Assembly: GCA_965644315.1 (NCBI GenBank)
Contig: CBFFRQ010000068.1
Location: 1,364,001 to 1,428,000 of the forward strand
DNA from: Caecitellus pseudoparvulus
Taxonomy: Eukaryota; Protista; Bigyra: Bicosoecida
Length of the DNA stretch: 64,000 bases
Direction of reading: 5' to 3'
In this document: in pieces, positions 1-10,949 of the stretch
Layout: each line of letters starts with the position of its first letter
Position numbering within the stretch: position 1 is the first letter of the stretch
Position numbers and translations under genes: made by a program
The notes under the pieces: model-generated
What the model was told of the DNA's origin: nothing
Seen by the model: the letters and a program-made list of their open reading frames with translations, nothing else
The model's database searches: none

Positions 1-1968
1 GGCAGGTGCTGCTCCTTCCAGGTCGCAAGATTGCACAACCACGGCCAAAGTGTCCGGGTGCAGGCCAGGCAAGTCGGCAGGAGTCTCCTGCGTCGCGCTC
101 CCGTCAGGCGCTGCCCCGAGAAGGCTGTGCAGCAGGCTGTGGGGCAGCAAGGCTGCTTTTCTCAGCGCTTTAATGCAGTCACCCCCCTCACTTGTCGTCT
201 GCTCTTGTATCACCGCACTTGCTAGTGCCGCAGCGTGCAAGCTTTGCAAGCATGCCGCAGGGAGCAAGCGGAGCGTGGCATCATCCACTGCTCGCGAGCG
301 CCTGGGACAGCAAGCTGTTGCAGCAGACTCAATCAGCAGCCCTCGTGCCATGAGCGCCACCAGGTCAGACCCTCGTGCTCTGGAGCCAATAGCCATGTGA
401 GCAGAAGTGTCGGAGGTGGCGTTGTCGTGTTGCCCGGGTTGTGAGAAGACAGCTCCTAGATCCGCAGGCTGAGGCGTTGACGTACCTGACAGGGCAGCAT
501 TTATAATTGCGGAAGTGGAGGTGAAGACGTCCTGTACTGCTCCTGCCAACGGCGCGGGTAATGTATCTGGAAGCAATTCTAGCTCTGCGGCAGCGGTGCC
601 TTGCCCCTTGCGCTGAGGCAGAAGAAGCGCCGCAGGGGTCCGCTTCATCGAGGAAACATTCGTGCAAGTGCACGCTCGCAGCAGCGCCAATGCTCCCACC
701 AGAGCTGTCCAAACCTGCACCCAGCGACCGAAGGGCACAGCATGCAGTGCTTCGTTCCATGCCTGCAGCGCACTCAGAATGCGAGCAGGGTCCAGTCTGG
801 GTGCCTTGGCTCCGACGACACATGCACTGCAATGCAGGCGAGTCTGGGCCAAAGCGATGGCCTGCAGCAAGGGAGCAGCAAGGGGCAAGCCTAGCCAGCC
901 GCTACCGAACGCCTCAGTCAGGTGCGATGGCGAGACCCGGAGGCCGGGGCCTGTGCCGCCCCATCGCACTGTGAACGACTCCCCTGGATGGGTAGCCGGA
1001 GGTGCAAGTTGAAAGGCTGCCGCAGACGCCATGATGCTGAGCAAGCTGCTCTGTCGCACGCTGGGCTGGGGGGCTGCCATGGCCAGCACGGCTAGGGTCG
1101 GCAGCGAGGACTCCAACTCGACCTTTGCAGGTCGCTGCAGTTGTAAGCACGAGTCTGGCACCGGGGGGTCTTGTGGTGGGGCAGGGGAGTCTTCTCGAAT
1201 TTTAAAATGTTGAGTGTTGTGTCCGGCAGCCGTCGCGCGCTGTGGCGAGGGGGCTGTGGCGGGCGAGGACGGAGCCCCTCTGCCTGCGTGCACGGCAGCA
1301 TGTGCTGGCGCCACCACTTCCACCTCGAGCACGACATTAGGCCCCCCACCCACCGCGCTCTGCGTGGTTGGAGCGCTGATGCTGTCCTCAGCCTTCTCAG
1401 GTGTGCCAGTGCTGATGGAGGAGTCAGGCTCGACGTCAGAGCTCTCGGTCTCGGCTGGCGAGGGCAGTGTGCTGTGGGTAGTGGGGGATGGTTCCGCAGA
1501 AGATGGAGACGGGGACTTCACCGCCATCGCTGCAGGTGCAAGGGGTGAGGAGGCACCCCTCTGCTTTCCAGAGGACGGAGCAGCACTGACCTCCTGGCCA
1601 CGGTTACGTCGGCGCGGACTTCGACGACGACGGCGGCTAAGCGCTGCCCGCTGCGCGCGGAGCTCCTCCTCCCAAGCAATGGCTTGAGAGTACTCTGTCG
1701 GTTTCACGCGGCGACTGGTGCGGCGGGATTTTCGCCGCCCATGCTCGTCGATGGTGGACGCTTGCAAGTTGAGGATGTCAGAGCAGCGTACCCAAGACGG
1801 GCTGAAACCTCTCCAATCCCACTGCACCTTGTACTCTTCCGCAGCGTCATCACCAATGCGAACATCCAGCACTGTAGCTGGGTAGATATTGGATCCGTGA
1901 TTCACCTGCACCTGGTCACCGATCGAATGCTCTGGGATTGGTGCGGGGAAGGGGCAGCATTGCAGCAT
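1..1968 (-). CDS. Protein with an N-terminal Tudor-knot/chromo-barrel-like domain followed by a low-complexity region; runs off the left end of the window (not in the ORF track)
   Basis: I read the minus frame codon by codon from ATG 1968 to position 1 and found no stop (656 codons). The N-terminus HSIGDQVQVNHGSNIYPATVLDVRIGDDAAEEYKVQWDWRGFSPSWV fits the Tudor/chromo-barrel pattern and is followed by basic RRKSRRTSRR. Domain call is by eye. Confidence 0.7.
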   Translation of the reverse strand, partial: MLQCCPFPAPIPEHSIGDQVQVNHGSNIYPATVLDVRIGDDAAEEYKVQWDWRGFSPSWVRCSDILNLQASTIDEHGRRKSRRTSRRVKPTEYSQAIAWEEELRAQRAALSRRRRRSPRRRNRGQEVSAAPSSGKQRGASSPLAPAAMAVKSPSPSSAEPSPTTHSTLPSPAETESSDVEPDSSISTGTPEKAEDSISAPTTQSAVGGGPNVVLEVEVVAPAHAAVHAGRGAPSSPATAPSPQRATAAGHNTQHFKIREDSPAPPQDPPVPDSCLQLQRPAKVELESSLPTLAVLAMAAPQPSVRQSSLLSIMASAAAFQLAPPATHPGESFTVRWGGTGPGLRVSPSHLTEAFGSGWLGLPLAAPLLQAIALAQTRLHCSACVVGAKAPRLDPARILSALQAWNEALHAVPFGRWVQVWTALVGALALLRACTCTNVSSMKRTPAALLLPQRKGQGTAAAELELLPDTLPAPLAGAVQDVFTSTSAIINAALSGTSTPQPADLGAVFSQPGQHDNATSDTSAHMAIGSRARGSDLVALMARGLLIESAATACCPRRSRAVDDATLRLLPAACLQSLHAAALASAVIQEQTTSEGGDCIKALRKAALLPHSLLHSLLGAAPDGSATQETPADLPGLHPDTLAVVVQSCDLEGAAPA

Positions 1969-1979
1969 GGGCGGCAAGC

Positions 1980-1988
1980 AATTTCCGC
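1980..1988. promoter_or_regulatory. Recurrent motif AATTTCCGC about 12 nt upstream of the start at 1968
   Basis: Exact 9-mer that recurs near gene starts throughout the window. Confidence 0.5.
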
Positions 1989-2197
1989 GCTCCTGCTCCC
2001 GTACTTTTTTCACCCGGCATGGATCTAGGACGGGGATTTCAACGACTCAACAGACAGAGAAATTAACCTTGCAAAGATGGGCTATTGTAGAAACCCGGGA
2101 ACGCGCCGGCGATGGAGTGTGTGGGCAGGGAAGTCACTGGCCCGAGCAGCAGCAACTTGCAGACGTGCGCTGTGAATTGTGAGGCAGGCAGCCAAAA

Positions 2198-4657
2198 CTA
2201 CGCCAGTGACACATCCTGACCTGATTTTCGCGCGAATCTTTGTGGTTGGGAGCCGACTTTGAGGGCGGGGTGTCTTGAAGCCTTAGCGGGGGGGTGGTCC
2301 ACGTGGATCTCAGCTGCTTGAGCTGGCACTCTCACCTGCTCCAGGGCAACCGACTCAATGACAGACACAAGCCTAGGGGGAATACGCTCAACATGCAAGG
2401 TGTCACGGGACCACAAGTGCCCCCCTGGCTGCAGCAAGATCACCTGAGTTGGCGAGGCTTGCACCAAGCTCCGAAGCTGAGCAACAGGCTCGGTTTCACC
2501 GCTGCGGGCAGATGCCGAGAGAGGACCGTGCATGCTGTTGCAAGCCAGTTGCAAGGCCAGGTCTGCCATAGGAAAGGCAGTGAGCTCTCGCTGCGAAGAC
2601 CGGGCTTGCAGGGAGCGCGAGAGGGGCAGCAGCTCATACCCAGCAGCGGAGGCAGCTTGGGGCCGGTGTCGCCTGGGCCTGGCAGCCAGGCGACACGCAA
2701 GCCACGGGAGCGCAATGGCTGCATGCGCCCGTAAAAGGGTATCATCGTGACCCTGATCGCTCGCAAGGGTTTCACTCAAACTGAATGCGGCAGCGGCGGC
2801 AGCATTCCACAAGCACGCTGTGCCCCCCGCAGCTGCCTGCATCGCCCAAGGCTTGCTGCCACTTCCTGTGCGGGCTGGCGCCAGGCGACGGTCCCACTCC
2901 TCGGCAGCCAGCAGGGCGCTGATGAAGCGCAGGGGTGTGATGCCGTCTCCAGCTCGGACGCAGCCGTGCACTGCCCCTGCGACGCACTGGAGAAGGTCCC
3001 TCACGTGGGGTGGCTGAGGAGTCTCATCAACATGGGCAGCACGCAGCCAGGAAATGGACACAAGCACAGCGTCCAGGCACAGGGAGAGGGCCATGCGGTG
3101 CGCGCCGTCCCGGCTTGCTTGACAAGCGGCCTGCAGCGTGACGGCCACTGGCAGGGGGGTGCCACTTGCGTTGCTGAGCTGGCTGGTGCAAACCCCTGCA
3201 GCTGTCTGTGCTGAGAGGTGGGCAGCAGAGGCAGCAAGGGGCACAGCTTGCAGAGGCGTTGAAGTCACGGAAGCCTGGCTTTCCAGCCACTGTAAGGGAG
3301 TGTCATGGTCCGCAGCGGGGGCGGCGGGGCTCAGGGAGGTTGTGGCCCACGCGGGAAGTAGGTCGGTGGGTCCTACCCAGCCTGCTTCACCCCATAGGCG
3401 ATGGGCAGCAAAGAGCACACGACTCGCACGATCATGTTGTCCCGCTCGGAGCCAATGCCCTGTCATGCGGTTGATGAAAGTTGTTGGGGGGTGTGCAGAC
3501 AGCGCGCTGCGTGGAGGGGTGAGAGCCACTTGGCACACGTCTGCAGCCAGGTCCGGCAAGCCCACGTCAAGCAAGGTGCAGCCGAGTGCTTGTGATGCGG
3601 CCGGGAAGCTATAGTCTGCCCACTGACTTGCTGCCTGCAGCACACGCAGGGCCCAGCGTGGATGTGCCTGCGCACCGCCTTGAGGTATGGCCGCCAGCAT
3701 GACGATGTCCTGCAAACACGCATCCAGAGCGAGCAAGGCAGAGGCCGGCACCTTCTGACCACAATCTCGCAATGTGTCCAGGATATCCACTGCTGCCTCC
3801 CATGAGCCGGCGGAGGCTGCGGCCTGCAGAAGCTGTTGCGTAAGAGGGATTGGCACTGCTGCTCCAGCCCGAAGAAGGGAGGAGAAAGCTTCAACTGCAG
3901 CGTCTGCCCTGCCAACTGGCATCCACAGCACGGCAAGATGTGCCAGTAACGAGCCAGCAGCACTGTCTTCGCCGCATGCTTCAGTTTGAAGGTGCTGCTG
4001 AGCAGCTTGCTGGAGAGGAAACGCGCATGAAACGTGGCCGGAGTTGACTAGTGACGTGGCTGCAGCCTTCACGGTATCCTGCGGCCATTCATGCAGTGCA
4101 GCAGACCAAAATCGAACAGTGGCATCTGAGGGGGCTGCGCTTTCCACCTGTGGCCCGTCAGGTGGCGAGATGGCAACCCCTGACGCTCGCGCGATGCAGG
4201 AGAGAGCTTTCACGGCCTTCTCATGCTGCCGCTGCGCTGCCAGCGAAGGCAGCGATTGTAGCTGTAGGTCCAAGGGCAGTTCATGGCCTTCTGCACGTGC
4301 GACGCCCCACCAGTGAATCACACGCTTGGAATCATGGCTGCGCAGGCCCAAGCGCAGCATAGCCATGGTCACCTCTGGTCCAAACACCTGGCCGTCCGCT
4401 ACCAGGTGCCCCACCAGCTCATGCGCCTTGGCATCAAATCGGTCCTGATCAGCGGCACTGACGATGCGCTGTCGCATGCTTGCTGCTGCCAGGCATGCTT
4501 GGGCAGGCTGGCTTGCGCCATCCCTCGTCTTGGCACCGGGGAGGCTGGACTCCCTTGTCGAGGCAGCCACGTCTGCGCCCCAGCGAAACGTTACCCACCG
4601 AGCATGCTGGCGGGCCACTTGTCTCAGCAACACACAAGGTCGGCCCAGGGCAGCCAT
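2198..4657 (-). CDS. Helical-repeat (degenerate PPR-like) protein, probably mitochondrial
   Basis: Long ORF 2198..4915; likely start MAALGRPCVLLRQVARQHARW (Arg-rich presequence-like). PPR-like segment AVEAFSSLLRAGAAVPIPLTQQLLQAAASAGSWEAAVDILDTLRDCGQKV. Confidence 0.55.
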   Translation of the reverse strand: MAALGRPCVLLRQVARQHARWVTFRWGADVAASTRESSLPGAKTRDGASQPAQACLAAASMRQRIVSAADQDRFDAKAHELVGHLVADGQVFGPEVTMAMLRLGLRSHDSKRVIHWWGVARAEGHELPLDLQLQSLPSLAAQRQHEKAVKALSCIARASGVAISPPDGPQVESAAPSDATVRFWSAALHEWPQDTVKAAATSLVNSGHVSCAFPLQQAAQQHLQTEACGEDSAAGSLLAHLAVLWMPVGRADAAVEAFSSLLRAGAAVPIPLTQQLLQAAASAGSWEAAVDILDTLRDCGQKVPASALLALDACLQDIVMLAAIPQGGAQAHPRWALRVLQAASQWADYSFPAASQALGCTLLDVGLPDLAADVCQVALTPPRSALSAHPPTTFINRMTGHWLRAGQHDRASRVLFAAHRLWGEAGWVGPTDLLPAWATTSLSPAAPAADHDTPLQWLESQASVTSTPLQAVPLAASAAHLSAQTAAGVCTSQLSNASGTPLPVAVTLQAACQASRDGAHRMALSLCLDAVLVSISWLRAAHVDETPQPPHVRDLLQCVAGAVHGCVRAGDGITPLRFISALLAAEEWDRRLAPARTGSGSKPWAMQAAAGGTACLWNAAAAAAFSLSETLASDQGHDDTLLRAHAAIALPWLACRLAARPRRHRPQAASAAGYELLPLSRSLQARSSQRELTAFPMADLALQLACNSMHGPLSASARSGETEPVAQLRSLVQASPTQVILLQPGGHLWSRDTLHVERIPPRLVSVIESVALEQVRVPAQAAEIHVDHPPAKASRHPALKVGSQPQRFARKSGQDVSLA

Positions 4658-4945
4658 GATGAGCCCAACTCTGAACAGAAGCGTGAAGTGGCTACGTGTG
4701 CTGTTGCCGGGCGGGGTCAGTGGGCGTGTTTGATGTGTGTGCGATGCCAGGCTGCAGCAAACTGTGCCTGAGTGAGGGGGGGGCACCAACAGGCGCGTGC
4801 ACAGGAGACAAGGGCACGCCAAGAGAGTCCATGTGGCGCACCAAAACATCGCCATGGTAGTTACTGCGGTGTTGTTGCTGACGCAGAGCACCCATTGGAG
4901 ACACGGGGCGAGCAAAGCCAGTGCAAGGTGAGTGGCTCAAGACTC

Positions 4946-4954
4946 AATTTCCGC
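4946..4954. promoter_or_regulatory. Recurrent motif (CTC)AATTTCCGC in the divergent PPR-like/ZIP interval
   Basis: Exact 9-mer with CTC extension. Confidence 0.5.
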
Positions 4955-5057
4955 GCCTCCGTGCCACACCTGCCTTCCCGTGGCCACTGCATGCTCGGCA
5001 CTGCCCCATCATTGGGTGCACGCCCCGCACACTAATCTTGCTCCACAGATCACAGTC

Positions 5058-6155
5058 ATGGTGTCAGCTCGTTCAACGGGAACAGCACGGCACTCAAGCG
5101 ATTCAACCCGCCCGCGCACTGGCCCAACCCCAGGTGTCCTCGAAGCAGCCCCTGACCTCCGCGACGCAGACATGGCGACCCCCTCTCCCCAAAGCGATGG
5201 AGAGCCCGCATCCGGCCACAGTTCAGCCCTGCAGGGTGGCGAGGTAAGCCAGCGGGCCGGAGTGAGTGCCTCGGGGGGTGGGGTGGAAGCTCCCGTTTCA
5301 GCAGGCACTGCCCAGGCCCTGGGTGCGACAGTGCTGACCCTCACCTTGCTGGGCACTTACCAGCTCTTCGACCCGTCCCTTCCAGAGTGGCTGCAGGTGT
5401 TTTGGTTTGCGTGGATCACGGCCGTCTCCACTGCCGTCGGCGTACTTCCCTTTGCCCTTGTGCGGTCAGTGCCAGCTGCTTGGCTCGGCGCCAGCAACGC
5501 CTTCGCCGCAGGCATGATGTTGGCAGCGAGTACAGGCCTGGTCATGGAAGGCGCGGGTCACGGTGCCGGCGGTGAGGCCTCCCTTGCATTGCAGCACCCA
5601 GCACTGCGCACCGCGCTGGGAGCTGCCCTTGGCGGCGCCTTCATCACCATTGCGGGGCGCGTGCTGGAAAAGTATGAGCACTTACGCTTGGCTGGGCTGC
5701 AAGGAGCGAACGCCCGGCGCATGCTGCTTATCGTGGCAGTCATGACTCTGCACTCCTTTGCAGAGGGCGTCGCCATTGGCGTCTCCTTCGGCGCTGCTAC
5801 GGGGCGCAGCTTCGGTGTCTTCATCAGCACTGCCCTCGCCATCCATAACGTGCCGGAGGGCCTGGCCACAGCCCTGGTCATGGTGCCACGGGGAGTGCCC
5901 ATTCTGCAAGCAGCTGTGTGGTGCTTCATGACCTCGCTGCCGCAGCCGCTCATGGCTTTGCCTGCTTTCCTGGCTGTCCAAGCCTTCTTGCCATTCCTAC
6001 CCGTGGGCTTGGGCTTCGCTGCAGGTGCCATGGCGTGGGTAGCTGTTTTCGAGCTGCTGTCCGAGGCGGCAGGCGAGTTGGGCTTGCCCATAGCGGGTGT
6101 GGTCGCAGTTGCTGCAGCCGCCGGGATGGGGCTGGTCCAAGCTGCCATCAAGTGA
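5058..6155 (+). CDS. ZIP-family (ZupT/GufA/ZIP11-like) divalent metal transporter
   Basis: Signature [15 protein letters not shown] and [23 protein letters not shown]; multiple TM helices. Start is uncertain (possible 5' intron 4928-5048). Confidence 0.9.
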   Translation: MVSARSTGTARHSSDSTRPRTGPTPGVLEAAPDLRDADMATPSPQSDGEPASGHSSALQGGEVSQRAGVSASGGGVEAPVSAGTAQALGATVLTLTLLGTYQLFDPSLPEWLQVFWFAWITAVSTAVGVLPFALVRSVPAAWLGASNAFAAGMMLAASTGLVMEGAGHGAGGEASLALQHPALRTALGAALGGAFITIAGRVLEKYEHLRLAGLQGANARRMLLIVAVMTLHSFAEGVAIGVSFGAATGRSFGVFISTALAIHNVPEGLATALVMVPRGVPILQAAVWCFMTSLPQPLMALPAFLAVQAFLPFLPVGLGFAAGAMAWVAVFELLSEAAGELGLPIAGVVAVAAAAGMGLVQAAIK

Positions 6156-6427
6156 GGACCCGTCAGTCCCACCTTTGGCTCAAGATGGCACGCAGGCGCG
6201 CCGTGCCTGCCTCTTCTTGTTCGCGACAGTCGCGCGGGAAGCAGCCAAGGTGAACCGGACAAACACCGCTGCAGCAAACCAGCGCAAGTGCTCCGAAGCG
6301 CAAGCTTGTCGGGAACACAGCAGTGGTGGACAATCAAAATACAGCACCCCAACACATCCCGCGCTGGGCAGCTTCGCCCCGTTTGTGCGCTGGGCCCTTG
6401 CAGCGAAAGTGTCCGCTGCCTCGTGGT

Positions 6428-6436
6428 GCGGAAATT
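6428..6436. promoter_or_regulatory. Recurrent motif GCGGAAATT(GAGG) upstream of the CaaX gene
   Basis: Reverse complement of the 9-mer; shares the 13-mer GCGGAAATTGAGG with the TIPIN promoter copy. Confidence 0.5.
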
Positions 6437-6542
6437 GAGGAGGGCGCGTTTTTCCCCAGCAACTCCACCAGGTTGTCTGCAAGGCGCGGAGGGAGTGAAG
6501 GCAGACACTCCATCATTCCCTCCTGGCTTTGGCCAGGTGGCC

Positions 6543-7258
6543 ATGAGTGACAGCAGGGTCGGAGTGGCTGGCTGGGAGCATTCAGAGCTAGTGGGGGACA
6601 ACTCCAGCCAGTCCATTGCAAGCCACGCCTCCGGCATCGGACTCCAGCAGCAGAAAGGCGGGCACCTCGCCAGTAGCGGGGGGCACCACGACATCGACGA
6701 TTCATCTGGACAAATGGAAGTGCAGGGTGTGGAGGGGCTAGGCTCCTACAAGCGTGGTCGTGGCGGACAGAGTGGCGCGTCGGTGGTCCCCGTGCGGCAG
6801 ATGGGCCACCAAAAGCCCTTGCCTCCAGGGGCAGGGGATGCGCCCCAGCAGCGGAATGGGGGGCACCGACATGGCAGGGGAAGCATGCCTGGACCCAAAA
6901 GTCGCCCAAAGCAACCCCGTGCGCCAGCTGCAGTGCACAAGGCCCCCCAACATGTGTGCTGGAGTGATGAGCAAGGCTACCCGCTTGCCCAGGTGCGTCA
7001 GCCCGCACCTCCAGGCGTGTTCAAGATGTCCCACAGCATGCTACGGTGTGGCGAAGCCTTGCGTGCCGCGGTCGCCGCCGGCCGTCTCTCTGTCGGCGGC
7101 TGTGTGCGGTCGTGCAACCCGCTTCCGGGAAACGCCCTCGTCCACGCTTTCGTTCGCTCTCCCTGTCGCAGGTGTACTACAGCGATCGCCTGCACTACAG
7201 CGGAGACAACATGTTTGAAGATCCAGATGATCGGCGGTCATGCTGTGTGATCACGTAG
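6543..7258 (+). CDS. Small disordered protein with a PP1-docking-like motif and C-terminal CaaX; exons 6543-6992, 7172-7258
   Basis: GTGCGT...TCGCAG intron (6993-7171) joins HVCWSDEQGYPLAQ to VYYSDRLHY...RRSCCVIT* in frame. Confidence 0.7.
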
Positions 7259-7385
7259 GGCTGGGCCTGTGCAAGGCGGTGACCGCGGGGTGACTGTCAC
7301 CATGTGGAGATGGTGCCGGGCCGCTGGCCCCCGATCCCACATACATGTGGGAGTGTCTTTTCAATTAACGCAGTGCCAATGTGCA

Positions 7386-8280
7386 TTAGAAGTCATCATC
7401 CCACGCCGCCATCTCCGCCGCGAGGGCCTCCTCCTCCGCCGTGATGCCTGCAGTAGCCTGGAGGTCCAGCATTGCAGCCTCGATGTCAGCGTCCCCCACC
7501 TCTGGCGGGTCTTGCTCGGCGGTGGCGGCCGCTCCCTTCATAGGGGTGACTGCAGGGGATCCAGGGCTTGCCTTGGGTGCTGCCGTTTGCCTGACAAGAG
7601 GCGAGGCCACCCCACCGTCCTGCTCTACCTTCGCCGCCTCGCTTCCTTCCTGCACGTCAAGCATGGCGTCAGCTTTTCGCTCCTCCAGCTGTGCCCTCAA
7701 TGTGTCCATCAAGCTCTGTGTGCGTGCGTTGGAGGCTCTCCGTGTGAGCGCTTAACCCGTGAGGGGGGGGGGGGGGGGCATGACGTTCACGCACCTTGAC
7801 GCATGCCCTGCTTGACAGGCCCAGGGTGCGGTCAAGTACGTCGTCCGCATGCAAGTGTTGGTGCACCTGCCTCGCCCAGGCAGTGTATGCTTGCATAATG
7901 CGATCAAGGTCCTTCATCTGCGCATGGGGTCGTGTGCTGGCTGTGCGGGGTGTGGAGAAATAGCTAGACAGCAGCGCCGCACGAACCTCGCTCCCTCGCC
8001 TTCCTCGCACACTGCCTCGTAGCATGCGGGGAAAGTTGTGCAGCACCCACTCCAACCCTTTAGGCCCCATTAAGTCTGTCTCTGTGAACTTTGGCCGCTG
8101 TCGCTTGCTCCGCTTCAGCAGCTTCACGTCCTCTGCACCATCGCCCTCTTCGCCAGGCCCGGTTCTTGCAGGTCGCTCATCGGACGGCTGAGCGCCGGCC
8201 AGGGTCGCGAGTGAAACGTCTTCTTCTTCCTCATCATCAAACACGAGACCTTCAGTGTCTTGGTCTTGAATTCGCTGCAT
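7386..8280 (-). CDS. TIPIN: TIPIN/Swi3/Csm3 replication fork protection subunit; introns 7918-7986 and 7716-7794
   Basis: Spliced product RPKFTETDLMGPKGLEWVLHNF...GRRGSE|MKDLDRIMQAYTAWARQV...DDVLDRTLGL matches the Swi3 domain pattern; acidic termini. Confidence 0.8.
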
Positions 8281-8310
8281 CGCAAGCTCTTCGCCGGCAC
8301 AAAGCTCCTC

Positions 8311-8319
8311 AATTTCCGC
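8311..8319. promoter_or_regulatory. Recurrent motif (CCTC)AATTTCCGC in the divergent TIPIN/TMEM128 interval
   Basis: Exact 9-mer about 30 nt upstream of the TIPIN ATG. Confidence 0.5.
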
Positions 8320-8634
8320 ACTTGTACACGCGTTTGAATGCAGAGACGACTGACTTCGCGCACTCTTCAAGCAAGCGAAAGGCCGCCAGGTTCTGTATCA
8401 GTCCGAGAGATATGGATAGTGGTATTGGTTTTGCCACAGCAGCTCTCATGGCCCTGTGGGCAAGGCACCGACACAATGCTTCTTTCACAAAGCATCGGTT
8501 TGCAAAGGACACAATCTACCCACAGGCGTTCAGCAGCAGCAGGGCAGGCTGTGAGGCTGTGAAGAACAGGTCCAACCCAGCACCATTGCGTCAGGGCAAG
8601 CCCTTGCAGCACAGTGCTCCTATCTGTGGGAGGC

Positions 8635-9253
8635 ATGGCTACTGACCACGATCGAGGCCAGTATGAGCCGGTGCCAACGTCTGAAGCCGCATCTGCGGAG
8701 GGTCGCCGGCGCCGGCGCCAACGGAGGGAGACCATCGAAGCCATCAGCAACAAGATACATGCCTTGCTTTGGGTGATTGGTGCAGGCCTCGTCCTCTTCC
8801 TCACTGATTTCTTCACAGTGCTCTTCACAGATGAGCGCGTTTCATGGTCAGTGAAACTCCAGCTGCCACGAGGCAGGCCAATCAGCCACTGCTCTCGCCT
8901 CGCAGGTTCTGGCTGGACCTGGCATTGCTCTGTTCAGGCGTCTTCATCGCTGCAGGCGTGTACTTGACAGTGTACCTCCCCCTCATTGCCCAAGTCCACG
9001 CTCCGTGGGAGGTGTACTGCCCGAATGTCATTCCCGTGGCCACTGCTGCTGGCGTAGTCGCCTTCATCTCGTGCGTGCGAACAGGCAACGTGCGTGCTGC
9101 CTGTCCGGCTGTGAGCTTCAGCTGACTCCCTCCCGCGTGCGCAGGTACGCCGCCGCGTTGTGGCCCGTGTTTGCCTTCCTCACGCTGCCAATCCTTGGCA
9201 TTCTCTTCGTGGGCTTCCTCATGCTGATGCAGTTCATCCCTGTCTGCTATTGA
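8635..9253 (+). CDS. TMEM128: TMEM128-like four-pass membrane protein; introns 8847-8905 and 9071-9144
   Basis: Spliced product KIHALLWVIGA...YLTVYLP...WEVYCPNVIPVATAAG...ALWPVFAFLTLPIL matches the TMEM128 pattern; canonical GT-AG introns keep frame. Confidence 0.8.
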
Positions 9254-9455
9254 CTTTGTGCAGGGCTAGAGGATTGCCATCCCTGCATGGGACCGGCGCT
9301 GTCACGGGGCGTGACCAACTTGAGCCACCTTGCTGCCGCCCTAGTCCCTCTCTTGCCACCGCCACAAGCAGCAGCAGGTCTACAAAACCAAGCAAAGGAG
9401 TGGATGGCACGAGACTTCCGAATGCATTTCAGCTGCAAGCGTTTGATTGGATTCA

Positions 9456-10949
9456 ATGGCTGCGCAAGAGCACCGCTACTTTTGCGGAGTTGAAGGGTGG
9501 GTGGACAGCCAATTTCCGCGCTGCGCCACATGCCTTCACACGCCGTTCCTGCCTGCAGAGGGGCAACTCATACAAACTGCGTCGTCATCAGAGATGACGG
9601 TAGCATTCTAGGCCGCTCATCTGGTGGGCCTTCGAATCCATGGGTGCGTTTTCCGCCCATACGTCGGACACGACATGCGTGGCTCTGGTGGGCGGAAGGC
9701 TCAACCCTTGCCTTGTGTGGGCACCTCACTGCCTCCCGCTGTTGCAGCTATCGGGGATTGAGCCTGTGGCAAACCTCATTGTGGACCTCATGCACGCGGC
9801 GCTGCTGGCCGCAGACTTGCCAGAGAGCACCTGCTTTGTGTCCTTGGTGCGTGGGACTTGGGGCCTTCAGGCGCCAGCGTGCCCCGCAAACCTTCCCCTA
9901 CCCTCCCTGAACAGGGCCTGGCGATGAGCGGGCTTGAGCAAGTAGAAAACCGCCGACAGCTCCGAGAGAGCCTGTTCAAGCTCAAACCAGACCTGGCACA
10001 AGACCTCCACATCATGAATGACTCTGTGGGCAGTGTGTACACAGCGTCTGCGCAGGGTGGCATGGTGATCATCTCAGGCACTGGGAGCATTGCTCAGTTC
10101 ATTGCTGCAGATGGAACTGCTTGGCGAACAGGAGGCTGGGGGCACATGATCGGCGATGAAGGCTCGGCATACGACATCGCAAGCACTGCCATTTCACGCA
10201 TCTTCCACTGTCTTGACGGCTTCTCACTGGAAGCTAGCGGGGAGCTGCCAGATGCCAGCCAAGCTGTGCAGGCGATGAAGGCATACTTTGCGATCGAGGA
10301 ACCCAGCCAGCTATTGGAGCACTTCTACACTTCCTTCCAAAAAGCAAAAGTAGCTGGCTTTGCGACAGAAGTAGCCAAACTTGCAAAGGCAGGGGATCCG
10401 ATGTGTGCAGGTATTTTTCATGAAGTTGGCCGCAAACTGGGCGCGCTGGCTAGAACCCTCGCCCCCCAAGTCATGGCCAGCCACCTTTCAGCATCGCAGT
10501 CTGAGCCCAAGCTCGCTTCCAGCGTGCCAGAGGCTGAGCGGGGCCTGGGCGCCACACTCTCCGCCCCGCAAGTGAGCATTGTTTGCGAAGGCAGCGTGTG
10601 GAAATCGTGGCCCCTTCTGCAAGGTGGTTTTCAAGAGACAGTATTCGAGCCAGCGCGGGCAGCTTCGGACATGTTCCACCGCCAAGCTGCCAAGCTTGCA
10701 CCATCTGAGCAGCACACTGACAAACGCCAACACAGGCTGCCCCCTGGGAGTGTTGTACAGCTGTCCCGTGTCATCTTGCTCCGCCTGGAGGAAACAAGCG
10801 CCATCGGGGCAGCTTGGCTTGCTGCCAGTCTCAGCGCCAAGGGTGGAGCGTGCTTCCCACTCGACCGTGAACCGCTGGTTGTGAAGCTTGCTGACCTTCA
10901 TCGAGACTCAACAGCGATCGAAGAAGCTCCCCACGATCGTGCATTATGA
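9456..10949 (+). CDS. NAGK: N-acetyl-D-glucosamine kinase (BadF/BcrAD ATPase family); introns 9497-9558, 9644-9747, 9847-9914
   Basis: YFCGVEG|GATHT, SNPW, GLAMSG, IMND, VIISGTGS, GGWGHMIGDEGSAYDI, GSVWKSW, SAIGAA are all NAGK-type motifs. Confidence 0.92.

Noticed and set aside
2225-2238. Near-palindromic E2F-like TTTTCGCGCGAA
   Set aside because: Single occurrence lying inside the 3' coding end of the PPR-like gene; insufficient support.
5558-6694. 378-aa minus ORF, and other shadow ORFs such as 32078..33361 and 35794..36531
   Set aside because: Antisense shadows of real genes in GC-rich DNA, with no independent motifs.
7763-7778. G16 run, and similar runs near 24880 and 42240
   Set aside because: Simple homopolymers in an intron or intergenic DNA; lengths are unreliable and no further structure is evident.
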